Assembly (NCBI GenBank): GCA_036338595.1
Contig: JAYZBV010000102.1
Location: 1 to 42,312, forward strand
From: Planctomycetota bacterium
GTDB taxonomy: Bacteria > Planctomycetota > UBA8108 > UBA1146
Direction: 5' to 3'
Length of the DNA stretch: 42,312 bases
The first letter of the stretch is position 1, and every line of letters begins with the position of its first letter. This document shows, one piece after another, positions 35,708 to 42,312 of the stretch. The position numbers and the translations under genes are program-made. The notes below the pieces were generated by a model. That model worked only from the letters and a program-made list of their open reading frames with translations, did not search any database and was not told where the DNA came from.

Positions 35708-37491
35708 CGGGTCTCCACTCCGAGATGCTTCTCCATCGCTTCCCTGACGATCTGTGTCGTCAGTGGCAGACCTCCATAGTAGGTTTCTGATTCGATTCGA
35801 TCAGCGTGTTGTGGGAGGTGCATTCGCAGTAACTGAGCCATCTGGCCCTGTTGGTTCTGTTCGATGACGAGAACCTGCTGATGTTCTGCGAGGAAGGCTT
35901 CGACCTCCTCGTGGAACGGATATGCGCGAATGCGCAGGTAAGCAGGCTTGCTGTCGAGAGCAACGAGCGCCTCTTGCATGGCGAGGTCGGTGGTGCCGAA
36001 AGCGATGACACCCAGTGCTGCGTCTCCCTCGGTGAGTACGGGAGCGGGAAGATCCACCACCATGCCGTCGATTTTCCTGGAGAGCCTATCAAGGTTGTTC
36101 TTGTAGACCTCAGGTGATTCGCTGTATTCCGCATCTTCGCTATGTCCAGATCCTCGAGTCAGGTGTGCAGCATCTGGATGCATGGTCAATCCGGGGATGG
36201 TGCGGTAGGGGATTCCATCTCCATCGACATCGCGATACCTGCCCCAGTTTTCAAGCCGCGCCATCACCTCGTCGGTTGCGATTTTTCCTCGTTGCAAGTC
36301 GCCGGTGGGTTCGGGCAAGGGATCGGAAATCCAGGTGTTCATGCCCAGATCCAGATCGGAGAGGAAGAGTACCGGGGTCTGATACTTGTCGGCAAGATCG
36401 TACGACTGGCAGGAAAATTCGAACGCCTCAAGAGCGTTGGCGGGAAGCAGGAACGGGAATCGAGTGTCGCCGTGAGATTGGAATGCGACCTGGAGCAGAT
36501 CACTCTGCTGGGTCCGGGTCGGTAGACCCGTCGAAGGGCCGACGCGTTGCACATCGTAAACAACGGTGGGGATCTCTGCGAAGTAGCCGAATCCCAGGTT
36601 TTCACCCATCAGTGAGATCCCCGGGCCACTGGTCGAGGTCATCGATCGAACTCCTGCCCAGCCGGCTCCGAGTGCCATGCCGATGGCGGCCAGTTCATCT
36701 TCGGCCTGGATCACTGCGAACCGCTTTCCACCGTCGGGATCATCGTCGCGGCAACTCCCGATGTGTTTCTCCAGTGCCTCGGCCAGTGAAGACGCCGGAG
36801 TGATGGGATACCAGGCGACGACCGAGACTCCGCCCCAGATGGCACCCAGTGCGGTGGCCTCATTGCCCTCGATCAGAATTCGGTCCTGGATCTGGTCGGC
36901 GGGTTCAAACTTCCATCGGTCCTGTTTTTCGAGGTTTTCGGAAGCGAAATCGAAACCGATCTGAGCTGCATTCACATTCAACTCGATGACCGTTTCCTTC
37001 CCCGGGAAAACGGATCCAAGAGCCGCGCGGATCGCATCGATCGGGATACCAAAGAGCTGGGCCACGACGCCGACATAGATCAGGTTCTTGAGTCGGGGAC
37101 GCAGTTTTGCGTCGCTGATTTCTCGGGCGAGTTGATCGAAGGGAACAGAGTATCGACAGAGACCTTCGAACTCGCTGTCGGCGGTCTTCATCGCGCTGTT
37201 TTCTATCACCACGGTGCCGGGTTCGCTCTCTCGAAGATCGCGACCGATGGTCGCAGGGTTGAGAGGAAGCAGCACCTGCCACTGTGGAGCCATCGTCTGC
37301 CAGCCGCCTGGGCTGACCCGGATCTGAAACCAGGTCGGAAGGCCAGCGATATTGGAGGGGAACAGGTTCTTCGAACTCGCCGCCAGCCCCATCTTCATCA
37401 GGGCTCGCTGGATCACGATATTGGAAGTCTGGCTTCCGGTGCCATTGGCGGTGGCAATTCGGATCGAAAAATCGTTGATCACCGGATCCAT
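35704..37491 (-). CDS. korA: 2-oxoacid:ferredoxin oxidoreductase alpha subunit (gamma-alpha fusion)
   Basis: 'ATANGTGSQ', 'FPSNIAGLPTW', 'WYPITPAS', 'QAEDELAA', 'TSGPG', 'QRVGPSTGLPT'. Start placed at MDPVIN after GGAGG. Confidence 0.93.
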   Translation of the reverse strand: MDPVINDFSIRIATANGTGSQTSNIVIQRALMKMGLAASSKNLFPSNIAGLPTWFQIRVSPGGWQTMAPQWQVLLPLNPATIGRDLRESEPGTVVIENSAMKTADSEFEGLCRYSVPFDQLAREISDAKLRPRLKNLIYVGVVAQLFGIPIDAIRAALGSVFPGKETVIELNVNAAQIGFDFASENLEKQDRWKFEPADQIQDRILIEGNEATALGAIWGGVSVVAWYPITPASSLAEALEKHIGSCRDDDPDGGKRFAVIQAEDELAAIGMALGAGWAGVRSMTSTSGPGISLMGENLGFGYFAEIPTVVYDVQRVGPSTGLPTRTQQSDLLQVAFQSHGDTRFPFLLPANALEAFEFSCQSYDLADKYQTPVLFLSDLDLGMNTWISDPLPEPTGDLQRGKIATDEVMARLENWGRYRDVDGDGIPYRTIPGLTMHPDAAHLTRGSGHSEDAEYSESPEVYKNNLDRLSRKIDGMVVDLPAPVLTEGDAALGVIAFGTTDLAMQEALVALDSKPAYLRIRAYPFHEEVEAFLAEHQQVLVIEQNQQGQMAQLLRMHLPQHADRIESETYYGGLPLTTQIVREAMEKHLGVETR

Positions 37492-37634
37492 CCGGTTCCT
37501 CCCATCGTGGTCGACTGGCGAAGTGGAACGCCAGCGCGGGTGCAAGGATCGATGGATCGGCTTCGGGAATCAAGCCAACCCACCTGTATTGATCGGTTCT
37601 GGCGTGCGAAAGTAGCCCCGGGAGGGGCATCGCC

Positions 37635-38411
37635 GTGGATCTAGACTGGGCTCTGATCGTCGCTGCAGGGGTCGTGGGGGGAGCCGTGAATACTCTCGTC
37701 GGTGGCGGCACGATGATCGTGCTTCCGCTGCTGGTGTTTCTCGGCATCGATCCGCTCGTCGCCAACGGCACCAACAGGATCTGCGTTGCCTTCCAGGGTG
37801 CCGTGGCTGGTTGGACGATGAATCGGGGGCTGAGGAGACAGGCGGATCCGAAGCAAAGAGTACTGACGGTGGGTTGGAAACCGATTCTTCTGGTCGGTTT
37901 GGCAGCGATTCCGGGGGCGTGGGGGGCCATCGAGATCGAGAGCATCGATGCGAGCATCTTCCGGCAATTGATGGGGTGGGTGCTGTTGATTGCGGTGGGT
38001 GCCTTTCTGTTACCGAGGCCGAAACAAGCTCAGGACTCAGATGATGGGATGAAGCCAGGAGTTGTTTTCTACGGCGGTTGCATACTGTGCGGACTTTACG
38101 GCGGCTTCATCGGCGCCGGAGTGGGAGCCTTCATCGTGTTGCTGTTGACCACCTCGTTACGGTTGACCGTGGTGGATGCGGTGCGCTGGAAGGTCTGGTG
38201 CGTGATGGCGATGTCAGCGGCTTCCGGAACATGGTATCTGGCGAGCGGCGTGATCGATGCCCGAGTGGCGATCCCACTGATCCCGGCCTATGGCGTCGGA
38301 GCCTATCTGGGAGGTCGGATGGCTCTGAGGGGGGGAGACCGCCTGTTACGCCCGTTGGTGGCGCTCCTCAGTGCTGGTTTGGCCCTCTCGATAATTTTCG
38401 GTGGAATTTGA
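37635..38411 (+). CDS. TauE/SafE (TSUP) family membrane transporter
   Basis: 'GAVNTLVGGG', 'VANGTNR', 'GLYGGFIGAGVG', multiple TM segments. Confidence 0.9.
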   Translation: MDLDWALIVAAGVVGGAVNTLVGGGTMIVLPLLVFLGIDPLVANGTNRICVAFQGAVAGWTMNRGLRRQADPKQRVLTVGWKPILLVGLAAIPGAWGAIEIESIDASIFRQLMGWVLLIAVGAFLLPRPKQAQDSDDGMKPGVVFYGGCILCGLYGGFIGAGVGAFIVLLLTTSLRLTVVDAVRWKVWCVMAMSAASGTWYLASGVIDARVAIPLIPAYGVGAYLGGRMALRGGDRLLRPLVALLSAGLALSIIFGGI

Positions 38412-38721
38412 GGGGAAGAAACTGGCATCGGGCGCGGCAAGAAGAGTGACCTGCAATTTGCCCTGAATCGCCAACTCCAGGCTATTGAATACCTGGATGA
38501 AGGGGTAAAATCGCTGATACGGCCCACAGTGAAGAGGAATGGGTCCGGAATAGGCTGTGTTTCCGCTATCGGCAACTACTGATCCACATTTCTACCAGGC
38601 GCGGATGATATTCGTGTACTTCGAATCGCCTGGAACAGTGTCGAGCGGCAGATCCAGCACTGCGACCAGATACCGTAATTGTTCAAAATTTGGGCGACCC
38701 ATAGCCCTCAGGAGGTGGACG

Positions 38722-40200
38722 ATGACCAGGTTCCCGATCTCACTGATTCTCCTGCTCATGCTGTGCCTGGCAGGCACCAGCGATGCTCGAGATTTTCAGA
38801 GAGGGGATGTCAATGAGGATGGAAACTTCGACATCGCCGATGGCATCCAGATGCTGGATTACATGTTCGTCGGTGGAACCGTCGTTTATTGCAAGTCTGC
38901 TTACGACCTCGACGACGATGGTTCCCTCGATCTGTCAGACGCCATCTATGGTTTCATCTACCTGTTTCAGAATGGCCCTCCTCCAGAGGCCCCGTTTGGA
39001 TTCTGTGGTGAGGATCTGACACCGGATTCGCTCGGCTGTGAGTCCTATGCCACATGCACCATCGGGGATGCGATGCAGGGTCTTGATCAGGCGACTTTTG
39101 ACTCGTTCCTGCGAGGCAGGGACCTGATGCATAAAGAGTTCACTGCGGAAGAGGGTCTGGGCCCGTACTACAACGCAACCAGCTGCGTCGCGTGCCACAG
39201 CACTCCGGGCGTGGGAGGATCTTCTCCGATCTACAGGAACTTTTTCTTCGCCGCTATCGGACCTCCTGGCAATCAGGGACCGATCTGGGATCCGGACGAT
39301 GTGCCCAGCATCGTGATGCCCTCCTATACGATTCCAGGTGGGGTGCGGGGTGGTTCGCGACCCTCGATTCCGGATTCCTCTCAGGTGGGCGGACTTCAGG
39401 TCACTGTTGCGCAACGGAATGCGCCTCCTGGTCTAGGAGTTGGACTCTTCGAACTGATCTCTGATGTCGAGATCATCTCGAACACCGATCCAGATGACGC
39501 CGATGGAGATGGAATCAGCGGGCGGTATAACACCGATGGATTGGGCAATATCGGCCGATTTGGATTCAAGTCGCAGGCGAACTTTCTGGAGGCTTTCCTT
39601 CGCGGTGCCTTCAACAACCAGATGGGAATCACGACCGATCCCTTCCAGGGATCGGACGGTCTCGTCAGTGCGGCGATGATGCAAGTTGGAGCCGGGCCTG
39701 ATGATTCCACCGAAGACCTGGACGGCGTGGCAGACCCGGAAATCTCGGTGGAGGACCTCGGCGACATCGTGATCTTCAGCAAGTTTGTTGCACCCACGCC
39801 TCGCGGAACGATGGGTTCCGAGGAGATGCTGGGTGAAACGCATTTCTTTCAGATGAGTTGTAACAAGTGTCACATTCCTGATCTGCAGTCGTCGGTAGGA
39901 CCGGTCAACGCCTACACAGACCTGTTGCTCCATGACATGGGGCCAGATCTGGCAGACGGAATCTCGCAGGGGATGCCACAGTTCAGTACCATCTCACCTC
40001 TTCTCACCTCGAATGAGTTCAGAACCCAACCCCTCTGGGGAGTTCGACATCACGGGCCCTGGCTCCACGATGGAAGAGCCGACACCATCAGTGACGCGAT
40101 CTTGATGCATGGAGGCGAGGGCCAGGCGTCGAGAGACGCTTTTGATTTACTGAGCCCTTCTGAGCAAGAAGCGGTGATCCGATTCCTGGAGGCGCTGTGA
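38722..40200 (+). CDS. Secreted di-heme oxidoreductase (DHOR/DUF1111) family protein with N-terminal dockerin-like module
   Basis: Signal peptide, 'FQRGDVNEDG' module, 'GLGPYYNATSCVACH', 'DPDDADGDGISGR', 'GRFGFK', CNKCH, 'YTDLLLHDMG', 'FRTQPLWG...LHDGRA'. GGAGG precedes ATG 38722. Confidence 0.9.
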   Translation: MTRFPISLILLLMLCLAGTSDARDFQRGDVNEDGNFDIADGIQMLDYMFVGGTVVYCKSAYDLDDDGSLDLSDAIYGFIYLFQNGPPPEAPFGFCGEDLTPDSLGCESYATCTIGDAMQGLDQATFDSFLRGRDLMHKEFTAEEGLGPYYNATSCVACHSTPGVGGSSPIYRNFFFAAIGPPGNQGPIWDPDDVPSIVMPSYTIPGGVRGGSRPSIPDSSQVGGLQVTVAQRNAPPGLGVGLFELISDVEIISNTDPDDADGDGISGRYNTDGLGNIGRFGFKSQANFLEAFLRGAFNNQMGITTDPFQGSDGLVSAAMMQVGAGPDDSTEDLDGVADPEISVEDLGDIVIFSKFVAPTPRGTMGSEEMLGETHFFQMSCNKCHIPDLQSSVGPVNAYTDLLLHDMGPDLADGISQGMPQFSTISPLLTSNEFRTQPLWGVRHHGPWLHDGRADTISDAILMHGGEGQASRDAFDLLSPSEQEAVIRFLEAL

Positions 40201-41372
40201 TGAAAACAGTTAAATTTCTTCTCACTGGATTGCTGATGCTTGTCTCGACGCTGGTCGTGATCACTGCGGTGAATGCGGAGATTATCGATGACGACACTCC
40301 AGTACCACCGGTAGGTGCGATGGGAGGTCCTGATCGAGAGCTCGACCCCGCCGAACTTGAACAGTGGATTCGCGGTCGAAAGGTGTTCGATCGCGATTGG
40401 ACTCAGGCGGAAGGCCTGGGGACTCCCGATCTCAACGCGGATTCCTGTCGGTCCTGTCACCAGACTCCCATCATCGGAGGTGCCGGCGGACTCGATGTGA
40501 ATGTCATGCGTTTCGGCATGGACAACGACGGTGCGGGGCCTTTCCAGGATCTTCCCGGCGGACAGGTGGCCAGCAAGTTGCGGCGCCCCGACACGCCGGG
40601 TCGAGAGGATGCGGATCCTCAGGCCGATGTCTTCGAACAGCGCCAGACTCCGAATACGCTCGGGCTGGGCCTGATCGACACGATTTCAGATGCAGAGGTC
40701 CTCTCCCACGAGGATCCCAACGACAACGATGGCGACGGCTGCAGAGGTGTGGCTCGGATGATCGACATCGCCGGCGTCCCCGAGGTGGGTAAGTTGGGCT
40801 GGAAGGCTCAGGTGCCTACCGTTTCCGATTTCCTCAGGGATGCGCTCGGTGGCGAGACTGGAATCACTGTTCCCGACGATGGTCGTGGTTTCGGAATGCT
40901 GACCGATGCAGATTCCATTGCCGATCCCGAGATCTCGACGGATGACTTCTCGGACATGTTGTTCTTCGCAGTTCATCTGGCGTACCCCCCTCGAGGTGGC
41001 AATACCGACCCCCAGGTGCTGGTGGGAGAGGCGCTTTTCAATGAAGTGGGTTGTGCGGTTTGCCATGTTCCTGTCTTGCAGGGATCGGGCGGTCCAGTGC
41101 CGCTCTACTCCGACCTCCTCCTTCACGACATCCACCCGGAAGACTTCCGGGGCACCGCGGATCTGGGAACTCCGGCTGGCGTTGGGTTCTACAAGACGCC
41201 ACCTCTGTGGGGAGTCCGGACCACCGCCCCGTATCTCCACGATGGCCGCGCCACGACTCTGGAGGACGCCATCCTGCTCCATGAAGACGAGGCGATACAG
41301 ATGAGGGATGCTTTCGAGGCACTCGATGCAGCAGATCGAGCGGCCCTGCTGTTGTTCCTCTCGGATCTGTAG
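40197..41372 (+). CDS. Secreted di-heme oxidoreductase (DHOR) family protein, second paralog
   Basis: Signal peptide, CRSCH, 'GKLGWKA', CAVCH, 'YSDLLLHD', 'TPPLWG...YLHDGRA'. GTGA overlap with the upstream stop. Confidence 0.9.
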   Translation: MMKTVKFLLTGLLMLVSTLVVITAVNAEIIDDDTPVPPVGAMGGPDRELDPAELEQWIRGRKVFDRDWTQAEGLGTPDLNADSCRSCHQTPIIGGAGGLDVNVMRFGMDNDGAGPFQDLPGGQVASKLRRPDTPGREDADPQADVFEQRQTPNTLGLGLIDTISDAEVLSHEDPNDNDGDGCRGVARMIDIAGVPEVGKLGWKAQVPTVSDFLRDALGGETGITVPDDGRGFGMLTDADSIADPEISTDDFSDMLFFAVHLAYPPRGGNTDPQVLVGEALFNEVGCAVCHVPVLQGSGGPVPLYSDLLLHDIHPEDFRGTADLGTPAGVGFYKTPPLWGVRTTAPYLHDGRATTLEDAILLHEDEAIQMRDAFEALDAADRAALLLFLSDL

Positions 41373-41395
41373 AGACCGGATCAAACTGACTTCTG

Positions 41396-41442
41396 ACCGC
41401 CCGCTGACCCGTGCCCTTGCGCCGGCTCAGCGGGCGGTTTTT
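41396..41442 (+). terminator. Rho-independent terminator after the DHOR pair
   Basis: 12-bp stem ACCGCCCGCTGA / TCAGCGGGCGGT followed by a T-run. Confidence 0.7.
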
Positions 41443-41621
41443 CATCCAGCGGCCATCTCCGGTGGGAACCTGTACACGGCAGAAGCCAGCGCTCGGTGCT
41501 GCCGCCCGCCCGCTGACCACCATCGGATTCGGTGCGTCCGGTTCAGTGGTTGCTAGTGTGGCCCCGATTCCTCGCATAGAATTTCCTCAGGCCAATTTAC
41601 GTTCTTGACCTGGAGATTCTC

Positions 41622-42312
41622 ATGGCACCTGTGCCCTTCCCTTCTGCGGCGTGGCTGCTCGCGCTGCTCCTGTCTGCCAGTATCTGCCCGATTGGCCAGG
41701 CAGCCGAAAAGCCCAACATCATCTTTTTCCTCGCCGATGATCAACGCTGGGACCAGATGGGGTGTGCCGGGCATCCGGTGATCCAGACTCCCCACGTGGA
41801 CCAGCTGGCGCGAGAGGGCGTCCGATTCAGGAACATGTTCGTCACGACATCTATTTGTGCAGCCAGCCGCGCCTCGATTTTCACGGGCCTTTATGAACGA
41901 TCCCACCGTTACACGTTTGGAACCGTGCCGATCGCAAGGCAGCAGACGTCCCTCAGCTATCCCGCGCTGCTCAAGCAGAATGGATACCAGACGGGATTCG
42001 TGGGCAAGTTCGGAGTGCGGGTGGAACGTGGTGTCACTGACGAGATGTTCCATTATTTCAAACCACTGAACACCAACCCGTACCACAAGCCGCAGCCAGA
42101 TGGTTCGACTCGCCATGTAAGCCAGATTGCCGGTGACCTGGCCATCGAGTTTATCTCCCAGCAGGTGAAGGACAGGCCGTTTTGCCTGTCTGTCAGTTTT
42201 AACGCTCCGCATGCCGAGGATAGTGACAAGCAGAATCACTACCCGTTCCCGAAGGGTGTCGCGCATCTTTACGAGGATTCCACGATCGCTCCGCCTCGAA
42301 TGGCGGCTCCGG
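41622..42312 (+). CDS. Secreted sulfatase (formylglycine-dependent), truncated by the window end
   Basis: Translated by hand: signal peptide, 'KPNIIFFLADDQRWD', 'TPHVDQLAREGVRF', active site 'SICAASRASIFTG', 'GYQTGFVGKF', 'SFNAPH'. RBS GGAG. Confidence 0.93.
   Translation, partial: MAPVPFPSAAWLLALLLSASICPIGQAAEKPNIIFFLADDQRWDQMGCAGHPVIQTPHVDQLAREGVRFRNMFVTTSICAASRASIFTGLYERSHRYTFGTVPIARQQTSLSYPALLKQNGYQTGFVGKFGVRVERGVTDEMFHYFKPLNTNPYHKPQPDGSTRHVSQIAGDLAIEFISQQVKDRPFCLSVSFNAPHAEDSDKQNHYPFPKGVAHLYEDSTIAPPRMAAP

Noticed and set aside
38420..38470. c-di-GMP-I riboswitch suggested by minus-strand AGGGCAAA
   Set aside because: The downstream GNRA-capped P2 and GACGCAAAG elements are absent.
41553..42266. 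237-aa minus-strand ORF
   Set aside because: Antisense shadow of the + strand sulfatase, which has all the family motifs.

Overview
Gene-dense, moderately GC-rich bacterial chromosomal window, most likely from a Planctomycetota (PVC) organism. That assignment is inferred from a PVC-type dehydrogenase-cytochrome c protein, DUF1080, a sulfatase and a recurrent Cys-rich dockerin-like module. In order, the window holds: an SRPBCC gene coupled to two tandem N6-adenine DNA methyltransferases with no adjacent restriction enzyme; two paralogous ~950-aa secreted M36/M4-like metalloproteases; an HI0933 flavoprotein, a HIT protein and a thioesterase; a DtxR/MntR regulator convergent on a TroABCD-type metal ABC operon whose two permeases both carry degenerate DtxR-like tails; a secreted beta-helix protein; folM-folB/X-folK; a ferredoxin-NADP reductase; an FHA-TM-M64 peptidase followed by an orphan FleN/MinD ATPase; rpmH (L34, missed by the ORF track); DUF1080, the PVC heme protein and DUF962; ROK-nagA-tldD-tldE; korAB; TauE; two tandem di-heme (DHOR) proteins; and a truncated sulfatase. 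I saw no rRNA, tRNA, CRISPR array or mobile element. The best leads are (1) one ~88-aa FxRGD dockerin-like module carried by four secreted proteins of three unrelated families, (2) the orphan MTase pair together with dense GATC/TCGA usage, (3) the FHA-membrane-M64 protease plus FleN pair, and (4) the DtxR-tailed permeases with a visible operator. All calls come from motifs recognised by eye; no searches were run.
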